Of a stretch of DNA of 64,000 bases, positions 38,334-47,156 are shown one piece after another (position 1 is the stretch's first letter; every line of letters begins with the position of its first letter). A model generated the notes under the pieces. It was not told where the DNA came from and did no database searches. It was given only the letters and a program-made list of their open reading frames with translations. Made by a program: the position numbers and the translations under genes. Origin of the DNA: a virus. The stretch lies in IMG/VR virus record IMGVR_UViG_3300042923_001106, positions 1-64,000 of that record, one strand, 5' to 3'.

Positions 38334-39074
38334 TTATCGATTTTTGCGTATGTGCATATCTGTGTCTATATTAATAAAATACTGAATATTGTTAACAGTT
38401 GGACAAATTGAATATTCCTCTAGATTTAATACCATCTCCTTAAGAGGGAAAATGTAATATTCTTTAAGTGAATAATCGTTATAAGGCAATTTGTTTTTAA
38501 TTACATCGCTACCAATAGCCACTCGACTCTTTCGCACATCAAGATAAACCTTAATGTACTTCTCAATGTTTTTAAATCTTGACGCATGATCTGCTGTGTA
38601 GGTATAAAATTCAATATTGTATTTGTCTTGTCCAAGAATCCAAATATCTTTTATATCGGCTAATCTGTATAGTTCGCGTCTATTTAAAAATTCTGTTGCT
38701 ATAGGAGTACATTGAAATTCAATTACAAACTTATTACCATCAAGTTCAAAATATATATCTGGTCTTTGCTTCGTCTCTGGAATCCATGCTTCAAGTTTGC
38801 AATTTTTAATGCCATCTAGTTCCCTAATCCATTCATACAATAATTGTTTTCCACACCTATGTTCTTCAGTTTCAGGTTCAGTATAATACCCTTCACATTC
38901 TTTAATTTTATGTCTAAAGTAAGGTGGTGAAATATCGCCATGACAGTATTCACAGCAATCTCCGCAAACAGGGCATTTTAAAGTGTTTTTATCAGACCAA
39001 TTTTTTAAAGTGTATTTATCATATCTACCGTCAAAGCAATTTATTAAGGTTTTTCCAACTCTACAAGTCAGCAA
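38334..39074 (-). CDS. CoiA-like Zn-finger/PD-(D/E)XK nuclease protein
   Basis: CPVCG, PYFRH, ETEEH..GK, QRPDI, IEFQCT and IWIL motifs. Confidence 0.75.
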   Translation of the reverse strand: MLTCRVGKTLINCFDGRYDKYTLKNWSDKNTLKCPVCGDCCEYCHGDISPPYFRHKIKECEGYYTEPETEEHRCGKQLLYEWIRELDGIKNCKLEAWIPETKQRPDIYFELDGNKFVIEFQCTPIATEFLNRRELYRLADIKDIWILGQDKYNIEFYTYTADHASRFKNIEKYIKVYLDVRKSRVAIGSDVIKNKLPYNDYSLKEYYIFPLKEMVLNLEEYSICPTVNNIQYFINIDTDMHIRKNR

Positions 39075-39103
39075 TTATATAATCACCCATCTCGCTGTTT
39101 AAT

Positions 39104-39298
39104 TTATTTATTTTTATTCAATAATTTCAATTCAAAATCATCGTCACAATCATACATAAATTCTTTATATGTAGAAGCCTCAGATAGTGAATTCCATCCT
39201 TGGTCATTATAATTTTTTATGTATCTCATGGTTTTATTATCATAATGTTCAATGCCATCATAATAATCATCTTGCCAAGTTCGACGTGAAAAATTCAT
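39104..39298 (-). CDS. Hypothetical protein
   Basis: ORF with GGGGGAG RBS. Confidence 0.45.
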   Translation of the reverse strand: MNFSRRTWQDDYYDGIEHYDNKTMRYIKNYNDQGWNSLSEASTYKEFMYDCDDDFELKLLNKNK

Positions 39299-39464
39299 TT
39301 ATTATTTTCTCCCCCTTTCGTATGTGTTAGAAAGTTTGTACTTCAAAAACTTCCCTTGCAATAAATCTATCATAAATAAATAATATTGTAAAGATTTATT
39401 CATAAAATAAAAGGAGTCACGAATAGTGTATACCTCCGTAACTCCGACATATAATATATCGCCA

Positions 39465-39791
39465 CTACCTATTGTCGTCGGTGTTCCTCCATGAACCCGG
39501 CGATTTTGTTTTGTCCTCTAATTTATCAATGTCAATGCATATTTCTTTTTGCCAATCAACATTGTTGGCCATTGATGCCAGCAAGGACATATTCTCGAGA
39601 TAGGACATTTCCCACCAATAGTTCAAATTTGCATTCAAACAATGAGTAAAATCCATTGCTTCTTGATCTGTCAGATCTCCGCACTTCTGTTTTTGCCATA
39701 ACTCAGCTAATCGCCTGAAAATAGGCTCCATGGTTACCATAGCCTCCACCATCCTACAGCAGCCAGTATGCCTAGTATGAGGACAAACCAT
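39465..39791 (-). CDS. Small phage protein (true start probably 39-60 nt downstream)
   Basis: PIFRRLAELW...HCLNAN...LENMSLLASMANNVDWQKEIC pattern typical of Paenibacillus phage cassettes. Confidence 0.6.
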   Translation of the reverse strand: MVCPHTRHTGCCRMVEAMVTMEPIFRRLAELWQKQKCGDLTDQEAMDFTHCLNANLNYWWEMSYLENMSLLASMANNVDWQKEICIDIDKLEDKTKSPGSWRNTDDNR

Positions 39792-39943
39792 GCGGATAGG
39801 TTATTCGATTGATCATCCTTTGGCTCTTCCTGTGAGGTGTATACGGCTTTGACACGATTATCTGCGGTATACCGAATGTGGTAAACTGTTTGCTTCTCCA
39901 TTGTACCATCGCTCCTTATCGGTTGATGATACATTATATGCAA
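39734..39943 (-). CDS. Small membrane-anchored protein
   Basis: C-terminal hydrophobic WFVLILGILAAVGWWRLW. Confidence 0.5.
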   Translation of the reverse strand: MHIMYHQPIRSDGTMEKQTVYHIRYTADNRVKAVYTSQEEPKDDQSNNLSAWFVLILGILAAVGWWRLW

Positions 39944-39969
39944 GTTCGCTTAAATGATTACCAGTTTGC

Positions 39970-40173
39970 TTAAACTTTTTCAAGCGACCAAATACTCTCT
40001 ACGGGTACACCCAAAGTTTGAGCAATATCCAAAGCAATTTCAATGCGAGTCGATCCACCATTGGCAATTTGGCTCATAGTCGTTTTACTAACCGGTTGGT
40101 TCATTCTTTGTATTAGATCCTGTTGTGTGACATTCTGTTCGGCCAAAATTACTTTTAATCGGCTCTTTAGCAT
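39970..40173 (-). CDS. XRE/Cro-like HTH regulator
   Basis: MLKSRLKVILAEQNVTQQDL...SKTTMSQIANG...IALDIAQTLGVPVESIW; ATG 40173 after GAGGTGA. Confidence 0.88.
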   Translation of the reverse strand: MLKSRLKVILAEQNVTQQDLIQRMNQPVSKTTMSQIANGGSTRIEIALDIAQTLGVPVESIWSLEKV

Positions 40174-40275
40174 ATCGATCACCTCGTTTATTACATTCAA
40201 CAGAGGGGCTTGTCGAATCCTTTGTTGATGAATAAGAAGTTTTGACGAATCTAATAAATAAAATAATACAATACA

Positions 40276-40303
40276 TTGACAATCATCATTTTTTACATAT
40301 AAT
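40276..40303 (+). promoter_or_regulatory. Consensus sigmaA promoter for the recombinase
   Basis: TTGACA-16bp-TATAAT in the divergent intergenic gap. Confidence 0.7.
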
Positions 40304-40337
40304 TTGGATATACGCAATTAATGAGGAGGATTATGAA

Positions 40338-41378
40338 ATGAGTAAGTCATCAGTGATCAATGTTAGTAAGCTTAACCAACAGGAATCAGTATTTAAATAC
40401 ATTCAATCTTTTCTGAGAAATAAAGGAGTAAAATCACAAAACACTGAAAAGGCTTATGAGAATGATATACGCCAGTTTTTTCTGTACATGAGAAATAAAG
40501 AAATTGAAAGGCTGCTCGAAGTAGATATTCAGTTTAAAAATGCAGACATGATGGATTACCAGACATACCTTTACAGTGAGTTTGTTCAAACTAATGGTGA
40601 AAAATATTCGAATATTACAATAAACCGTAAAATGAATACAATAGTGGCACTCTATGCATCTCTAAAGCGAAATGGCTTTAGTGTTGACCCGGATATTATG
40701 AAGATTGAGGACTTACCCGATGATAGTAAACAGATTGGTTTTCTGACCGTCGATGAAATCGACCATATGCTGATAGTAACAAATGATTTGGAATTAAAAT
40801 ATTTCATCATGCTTGCATTGAGAACGAGTTTAAGAAAGGATGCTCTGCTCTCTCTAAGGTGGGATCAAATTCAACCATGTCATAATAATCCCGAATGTTA
40901 TATTATTACGACAATAGATAAAGGGAAGAGAGTGGAAAAGGAGATCCATAAGACAATGTATGAACTATTGTTAAAACTAAAAAAGGAAAACGATCCAAGT
41001 GTATTCCACACACCTATCAGGACACTTGATTATCGGTTTAAATCATTATGTAAAAAAATTGGCATAGATGAAAAAAGAAAGGTATCAATCCATTCTTTAA
41101 AAAAGGCTGGGGTTAGTTATGTAAAAGAATTAACAGGTGACATTCATGCAGCACAAATGCAAGCTGGACATAGTTCTCCAGTAACGACATCTAAATATTA
41201 TCTGGAGCGCAAAACAAACCTTGCGGGCATGATGTTGGACATTAAGGTAGAGGATAATATCTTTGAACAATTGACACATCAAGAATTGATAAACCTATTC
41301 CGAAGTTTTGGCAATGGAATTGGGCATCAACTTAAACTTAGAGCCAAGAAAATTATTGATGAGCGTTCGGATAAGTAA
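40338..41378 (+). CDS. Tyrosine recombinase family protein with variant HxxK motif
   Basis: SAM-like N-terminus; TSLRK (R), HSLKK (R->K in HxxR), AGHSS, TSKYY; ATG 40338. Confidence 0.85.
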   Translation: MSKSSVINVSKLNQQESVFKYIQSFLRNKGVKSQNTEKAYENDIRQFFLYMRNKEIERLLEVDIQFKNADMMDYQTYLYSEFVQTNGEKYSNITINRKMNTIVALYASLKRNGFSVDPDIMKIEDLPDDSKQIGFLTVDEIDHMLIVTNDLELKYFIMLALRTSLRKDALLSLRWDQIQPCHNNPECYIITTIDKGKRVEKEIHKTMYELLLKLKKENDPSVFHTPIRTLDYRFKSLCKKIGIDEKRKVSIHSLKKAGVSYVKELTGDIHAAQMQAGHSSPVTTSKYYLERKTNLAGMMLDIKVEDNIFEQLTHQELINLFRSFGNGIGHQLKLRAKKIIDERSDK

Positions 41379-41420
41379 AATAAATAAATATTTAAAAATA
41401 TATTAGTACAAGGAAATGGC

Positions 41421-42203
41421 GTGGTAACAATGAATTCAAGTTTATATGATGCCTTACTGATCAGAAATCATGAAAAAGTCTATATACAAAATAAAATATT
41501 TTTTGATTTAGCAAGGAATACACTGTTCTCCACTAAAAATATAGTTTTTATATACGCTTATTACTGTTTAATCTGCTACTTGTTTAGATATTGCAAGTAT
41601 GGTCAAGGTAGGTTTCTAACCAATGAAGACATAAAGGAGATATTGGGTTATCAAAGAAAATATGCTGGAGTTGATTATCTCATAAAGAGGGGAGGCGTTT
41701 TGGACCATATTGGGTATACAGAATGTATTAGAGATTTTCCCTTACAGTATAAACTTGAATCACAGTATGTTGAATTTAAAATGTATTCTGAGCTAGAACA
41801 GGAAACAAAGAAAGTGTTAGATATGCCGAGGAACTTTTATATTAAGAAGCCAATAATGGCGTTTTATAAAGACGAGAGCAGCTCACAGAATAAAATTTAT
41901 GATGGGACATTTTATGAAATAGAAAATACTCATCTGTTTGATATATCCATCTTGGTGGAAATGATGGTGTCTGGATTGAGCTTAAATGAATTTTATATTT
42001 ATCAATTTTTCAGGCATAAAACGGATTTATTCAAAAGCGGGTATAGTGCAAGTTATGAACGGATAGAGAAAGAAGTTAGAATTCCAGTTAGATCCTTGAA
42101 AAGAATAATCTTAAAATTGGAGGAGTTTGATTATTTGAATATTATACGGGATATCCCAAAAGGAAAAGAAACGAGGCCCAATATATACGAGATAAATAGA
42201 TGA
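41421..42203 (+). CDS. Putative replication initiator / HTH DNA-binding protein
   Basis: Winged-helix-like C-terminus ending RPNIY; immediately followed by an origin-like element. Confidence 0.5.
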   Translation: MVTMNSSLYDALLIRNHEKVYIQNKIFFDLARNTLFSTKNIVFIYAYYCLICYLFRYCKYGQGRFLTNEDIKEILGYQRKYAGVDYLIKRGGVLDHIGYTECIRDFPLQYKLESQYVEFKMYSELEQETKKVLDMPRNFYIKKPIMAFYKDESSSQNKIYDGTFYEIENTHLFDISILVEMMVSGLSLNEFYIYQFFRHKTDLFKSGYSASYERIEKEVRIPVRSLKRIILKLEEFDYLNIIRDIPKGKETRPNIYEINR

Positions 42204-42217
42204 TACTTTAGTGCGCT

Positions 42218-42340
42218 AAAACCCTAGGTTTTGGCACACATTATAATATATATATATTATATATATAATAATAATATATAATAATTAAAATAATAATAAT
42301 AAAATAATCTATTATAAAGGGTGCCAAAATCTAGGTTCTT
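42218..42340. other. Candidate replication origin: 20-bp inverted repeats flanking an almost pure A/T tract
   Basis: 42218-37 and 42321-40 are reverse complements at 17/20; 42241-42318 is nearly all A/T. Confidence 0.55.
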
Positions 42341-43128
42341 TGATTTTTTATATATGAGTATTGTTGCAGAAGGATGATGACCAGAGATGGTCATTTTTTT
42401 TATTCGATGGATTAGTATCGATGAAAACTGGAATAAACGTTGGTGTAATAAGGGATATAGGGTTAATTTGTGATAAAACAATGGGAGTACATTGAGTGGA
42501 AATAAGGATGCATCGTGTAAATGTAGATGGGAGTAGGGAGGACAGGGTGTGATATGGGGATATAAGAGTATTTATGGTGATATTTATTGAAATTGAGGAG
42601 AGGGGAAAGTGAGGTGGGAGTAGGGATGGATCGATGCGGTATCGATGTGATTATCGATGGGGATTGGAGTGAAAATTGGATTTGGGGGAGGGAGGGATAA
42701 AAATAGGTATAGTGTGTGGATAGACCTGCTGCGGCCCCAAATACCGGCATAAATTGGCTAGGAAATGTAAATATACCCCCCATACCTATGCTATAATGTT
42801 GCGTATATGAATGGTTATACGCAAGATGATGCTACAGGCATACCGAACGAATCAATGCTTTGCGATCCGATGAATGAGCAGAGAATGAGCAATAAAAAAA
42901 GCTAGATACGTCTAGTGAAAAATTTTGAAAATGTCATATTGAAAATATCGAATAGTAACATGCCGCCGATTTTCTAAGTCTTATCATCAACTATAACTAT
43001 TAACTATCACATACACCAATCCAATAACTTTCACCTATCACCTTTACACTATAATCATTCCCTATCACTATTGTGCATATTATAAACTATTCCTATCATC
43101 ACTCACCCCAATATAATAAAATAAACAT

Positions 43129-43157
43129 TTGCAATAACCTTATCATAATGGTATAAT
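43129..43157 (+). promoter_or_regulatory. sigmaA promoter of the toxin gene
   Basis: TTGCAA-17bp-TATAAT with TG extension and A-rich UP element. Confidence 0.75.
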
Positions 43158-43187
43158 TTTCTTTGTAGGGGAAAGGAGGTGATTCCC

Positions 43188-43340
43188 TTGCGGTTCCTTG
43201 AATTAATCCCGTTGCTCGTACTTATTCGCCTAATCTTCTTAGACGCTATTGCATTCATCAAATGGTTGTACGAGAAACGGAAGAAAAGGAAAAAGCGCCG
43301 AAAAGGTTCGCACAAACCTAATCGACGCAAGCGCAAGTAA
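43188..43340 (+). CDS. YonT-like type I toxin peptide (50 aa)
   Basis: Read manually: MRFLELIPLLVLIRLIFLDAIAFIKWLYEKRKKRKKRRKGSHKPNRRKRK; TTG start after AAAGGAGGTGA; hydrophobic helix plus polybasic tail. Confidence 0.75.
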   Translation: MRFLELIPLLVLIRLIFLDAIAFIKWLYEKRKKRKKRRKGSHKPNRRKRK

Positions 43341-43436
43341 AGCCTTATACCTGATACATAAGCAATATGAGAGACAAGGGAAGCCGATTCCCTTGCTTTC
43401 CCTTACATCTTATCATACTAATAAAGGGGTGACAAT

Positions 43437-43577
43437 ATGAACAAAACACGCCTTGTCTACGCCTTGCTATTCGCTTTCTGTGCGATTATCTTTGACAATC
43501 CATTCATTCGATACACTATGTTTGCGGCGGTTCTGTATTGCATGATTACAGCTTATATAAAGCGTAATAAACACTAA
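43437..43577 (+). CDS. 46-aa two-helix membrane peptide downstream of the toxin
   Basis: MNKTRLVYALLFAFCAIIFDNPFIRYTMFAAVLYCMITAYIKRNKH; AAAGGGGTGA RBS. Confidence 0.65.
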   Translation: MNKTRLVYALLFAFCAIIFDNPFIRYTMFAAVLYCMITAYIKRNKH

Positions 43578-43732
43578 TCGGACCATCACTTGTTGCATCA
43601 TTCTAATGCAAGCAATATCATACGTTGTTGTATCCATCATTTGCAGCTAAATACATTGAAGAACAGCGGAATATAAATATCGAATAGTCCAATGAGTATA
43701 TCGGCTTTTCTTTTCGTTAATAAAATAAATAT

Positions 43733-43761
43733 TTGAAATATAACATTAATCGTGATACAAT
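43733..43761 (+). promoter_or_regulatory. Early sigmaA promoter
   Basis: TTGAAA-17bp-TACAAT with TG extension. Confidence 0.65.
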
Positions 43762-43780
43762 GTATTTAAGAAATTAAACC

Positions 43781-44032
43781 ATGGGAGGAATTACAGTGGA
43801 AAAGGTTGTTGTAATGGTAGATTTTAAAAAAGGATACTTTAATGCATCTGCCCAAGCTAACATACCGGGAAGATTTACTGCAGAAATTGTTACTGGTCCA
43901 GACGATATTTTTGAAGGTGGTCATCAATTTTATGGAGACGGTAGAACAGTGGAGGAAGCATTTTCTACAATTTCGAATCAGTTAAAGAAATTCGGGAATT
44001 ATGAAGTTGTTAAAAGTAAAAGGAGCCTATAA
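43781..44032 (+). CDS. Hypothetical early protein
   Basis: Own promoter upstream and terminator downstream. Confidence 0.6.
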   Translation: MGGITVEKVVVMVDFKKGYFNASAQANIPGRFTAEIVTGPDDIFEGGHQFYGDGRTVEEAFSTISNQLKKFGNYEVVKSKRSL

Positions 44033-44045
44033 AGGCTCTTTTTTT
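44019..44045 (+). terminator. Rho-independent terminator
   Basis: GAGCCT-ATAA-AGGCTC followed by a T-run. Confidence 0.7.
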
Positions 44046-44060
44046 ATATAAAATAAATAT

Positions 44061-44090
44061 TTGCAATATAACTTAAAACTATGATATAAT
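44061..44090 (+). promoter_or_regulatory. Early sigmaA promoter
   Basis: TTGCAA-18bp-TATAAT with TG extension. Confidence 0.6.
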
Positions 44091-44121
44091 GAACTTAGTT
44101 AAATAAATCGTTTTATAAGGA

Positions 44122-44469
44122 GTGGTTACCATGAAATTCACTTTCAAACCGGATATCACAATCACATCAATTATTGTCAAGCCTCATGACACGTTCGGAA
44201 ACACTATTGATTTTTATGTACAAGGTAATATCGTTGATTGCATTGACGACGAAAGAACCATCACGGATATTATCAACGATGCGCAAACAGCATTCCCGAA
44301 TGCATCAATCAAAATTGAAAGTGAAGATGATGGAATTTTAACTTTCATTGGTGTCAACTTCAGCAAAAACTTTAATATGGGTAACGGTGCTAAAGTTTAC
44401 AGATTCGCCTATGAAGATGGAAACCACACTGAAATGGTATCTGAATTTGTAAACGAGATTATAAAATAA
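44122..44469 (+). CDS. Hypothetical early protein
   Basis: ORF with AAGGAG RBS. Confidence 0.65.
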   Translation: MVTMKFTFKPDITITSIIVKPHDTFGNTIDFYVQGNIVDCIDDERTITDIINDAQTAFPNASIKIESEDDGILTFIGVNFSKNFNMGNGAKVYRFAYEDGNHTEMVSEFVNEIIK

Positions 44470-44505
44470 AAAGATGCAATAATATAATCATAAGGAGCGA
44501 GAATA

Positions 44506-45888
44506 ATGAAAAAAATCGACTTAAATCCGTTCATTATCAATTATGCGGAAGGATATCAAAACATAATGGGAAATCGCGTATCGTCCATCCATTCCGAAGG
44601 CAATACAATCTATATTCGCTTTCTCATCAACGCCAACAAAGCAGAGTATGCACTCGACATGGTACGTGTATTCTGCAATGTCGCTTATAACATCGATACA
44701 GGTAAATTATCCAGTGTCACCGAAAATGGAAAAGGTTCACGAAAGTTTAATTCTTACGTTAAACACGAATGCGAACTACTAACAAAATTGTTTGTCGAAG
44801 AGGCAACAAAGAGACTGAACCTTGAAATCAAACAGCAAAATAGTGACTATTACGATTCTTGTCATGTTGAATTGTTATCTTTAATCAATAATGATTCATC
44901 AAAAAAGAATGTATGTTTCGAATACATTAACAAAGTCCAAGAACTATACGTGAGCGGTGCAAATGTCGACGAAATGTCTGCATTGTTCGAAATGGTTAAA
45001 ATCGAAATGTTAAATGATACTCGCCTTTTCCCTGTCGTTTCTGAATCTCCAACTAAAACCATAACAGTAACCGTACAAGATAACGGGCAAACTTTTACCG
45101 CTTTTAATCGTTCCTTCCCTTCTTACAATCAAGCGTATAACTTTTGTATCTCTTCGGACTTCGATCCAGCATACATAATTCCATCTGCTGTTGACTCAAT
45201 AACAGAAACCGCCATAACAGACGGTCAAATATCGAACGGACTAAAACTCGACTTACAACTATTCGGCAATGCTCCTACCTCTGTATACACTCCTGAAGGC
45301 GTTCATAAATGGGGAATAGGAAAACATCTTCAAATACTTTACATAGTCGAGACTACGAAAACCGATAAAGATATTGAGTCAATGAATTATTCAAATGCGC
45401 ATCAATACGAGCATAGAAGCATTCAGTCAGCTATGAATCATATGCTCACTATGCAGCGGAATGGATGGCATAACATCAATTTGAATGTGCAGGTATACAA
45501 CAGAGAACAAATTATAGTTGAGGATATTGCATACGATACCCAATTTGTAAGCACGACAGAACAGGATACTAAACAGGAAAATAGACAACTAATGGAACAA
45601 ATCAGGTGTATGACAATCGAAAATGAAACATATAAAGGATTCATTTCTAAGTACAATGCGAAAAAGACGTTTGAAGCATATACAAATGAACAGCAGAGCA
45701 TAAACAAAGATGATAACGGCTTGTACTGGTACGAAATGTTATACTGTCCATTGTCTCCATTTTGCCAACCAAAAGGACATATTGCCTATGACGACACAAT
45801 AGGAAAACACGGCATAATTGCATATAACAGACCGTTAACAGATAGCGAATTAATTGAATATGAATTAATTAAATGGAAAATTGTATGA
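44506..45888 (+). CDS. Multidomain early protein with C-terminal DarA_C-like domain
   Basis: C-terminus YWYEMLYCPLSPFCQPKG...HGIIAYNRPLTDSELIEYEL resembles the 'defence against restriction A C-terminal' domain. Confidence 0.6.
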   Translation: MKKIDLNPFIINYAEGYQNIMGNRVSSIHSEGNTIYIRFLINANKAEYALDMVRVFCNVAYNIDTGKLSSVTENGKGSRKFNSYVKHECELLTKLFVEEATKRLNLEIKQQNSDYYDSCHVELLSLINNDSSKKNVCFEYINKVQELYVSGANVDEMSALFEMVKIEMLNDTRLFPVVSESPTKTITVTVQDNGQTFTAFNRSFPSYNQAYNFCISSDFDPAYIIPSAVDSITETAITDGQISNGLKLDLQLFGNAPTSVYTPEGVHKWGIGKHLQILYIVETTKTDKDIESMNYSNAHQYEHRSIQSAMNHMLTMQRNGWHNINLNVQVYNREQIIVEDIAYDTQFVSTTEQDTKQENRQLMEQIRCMTIENETYKGFISKYNAKKTFEAYTNEQQSINKDDNGLYWYEMLYCPLSPFCQPKGHIAYDDTIGKHGIIAYNRPLTDSELIEYELIKWKIV

Positions 45889-46044
45889 TACGTTCTTTAT
45901 ATGTCCATATTCAAAAATTAATCAAGTGGTACATTGCCCTAGAGGAAACCGAAACTGTCTAATAAGCCTATAACAGCACTCGATTTTTATTACCAGCATT
46001 TTATATAATAACGCTCATGAAATGGATCTGAAAGGATCAATCTT

Positions 46045-46209
46045 ATGTACCTACAAATTCATTACGGATGGTATTATAAAATAACTTCGACTTGGTGCTA
46101 CTGGGTAGAATCAAAAGAAAAGGCTACAAAGTTTGATACAGCTGAAGCAGCCGATAAAGCACATAATTTTCATTTTAACTTTAATAAAGCAATTAAGGTT
46201 ACCGAATAA
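46045..46209 (+). CDS. Hypothetical 54-aa protein
   Basis: Read manually: MYLQIHYGWYYKITSTWCYWVESKEKATKFDT...; AAAGGA RBS. Confidence 0.5.
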   Translation: MYLQIHYGWYYKITSTWCYWVESKEKATKFDTAEAADKAHNFHFNFNKAIKVTE

Positions 46210-46236
46210 ACCTTTTTATTAAATGGGGGATTACAT

Positions 46237-46671
46237 ATGCTTTATATCGAAACGAAATATAAAACGATTCATGGGAAGCCGGTTTACGCTCACATGCAAC
46301 ATGAGGATGATTCGAATTATCGTTTTGTCACTCTGAAAACGAAACGTCAACTTGTGAAGGAACAAAAAGAATTAACATTAAGCGTTCGCCTTATTCCTCA
46401 TAACTACATTGATCCAATTGAATGCCCTAAGCTGTTCGAAGAGTCACCATTACATTTTAGCTCCTTCATTTCCTCTATGCTTCGTATTTGCAAATGGTTA
46501 ATGCCTTATTATGTCGGTTACATCAAAGACGGCCATGACAGCCGTAGAGCCTTTGATAAAGCGGTTATAAATTATGAGGAATGCCACAACGTAACATTAG
46601 ACGGTTTATGGTATCATCATGCATTCGATATTGTTTCAGCAGCAGCGAAAGGATTGGAGGGAATCGCATGA
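46237..46671 (+). CDS. Hypothetical protein
   Basis: ORF with GGGGGA RBS. Confidence 0.6.
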   Translation: MLYIETKYKTIHGKPVYAHMQHEDDSNYRFVTLKTKRQLVKEQKELTLSVRLIPHNYIDPIECPKLFEESPLHFSSFISSMLRICKWLMPYYVGYIKDGHDSRRAFDKAVINYEECHNVTLDGLWYHHAFDIVSAAAKGLEGIA

Positions 46672-46832
46672 TTTGTCCAAAGTGCAATATAAAAATGAAA
46701 CCTAAAACTGATAAAGAATTAAATGAAAAATATTATGATTGTGAGCAATGCGGATTTAATATTTTAAGATCCATTGCAAAAATGAAAATTCACAAGGAGA
46801 CTGAAAGAATAATTAAATACAGTATTCAATAA
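46668..46832 (+). CDS. 54-aa Zn-ribbon protein
   Basis: MICPKC...CEQCG; ATGA overlap with the upstream stop; GGAGG RBS. Confidence 0.65.
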   Translation: MICPKCNIKMKPKTDKELNEKYYDCEQCGFNILRSIAKMKIHKETERIIKYSIQ

Positions 46833-46865
46833 AATGAAAGTTTGAATTCATAGGAGGGAAAATAA

Positions 46866-47126
46866 ATGACTTATGAAGAAGCCAAAGCACACAAACTAAT
46901 ATTAGAGAAAAAGAATAATACTGATTCTAGCGCGCTGCAATTCTTCGAAAGAAACGCTATGGGATTAATACCGGATCATGTTAGAGAAACGCCAGAATGG
47001 AAAAGTGCTAAAAAGGCTTTTGATAGTTCTTTTGCCGAACTAAGAAACTTTAACGGATGGTTTGTTAAAATGTTTAAAAAAGAAATTTCTGCCGATAGAA
47101 ATTATAAACGATACGTGAGCAAATAA
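46866..47126 (+). CDS. Hypothetical phage protein
   Basis: AGGAGG RBS; stop overlaps an 18-bp palindrome. Confidence 0.7.
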   Translation: MTYEEAKAHKLILEKKNNTDSSALQFFERNAMGLIPDHVRETPEWKSAKKAFDSSFAELRNFNGWFVKMFKKEISADRNYKRYVSK

Positions 47127-47156
47127 AATTTTAATTTTATCATCCAAAATAAAGGA

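Noticed and set aside
42257-42783. Minus-strand ORFs 42257-42481 and 42463-42783
   Set aside because: Pro/Ser/His-biased translations of low-complexity strand-asymmetric DNA; no RBS
43103-43440. Track ORFs 43103-43336 (-) and 43249-43440 (+)
   Set aside because: Overlap the better-supported TTG-started toxin, which has a consensus promoter and RBS
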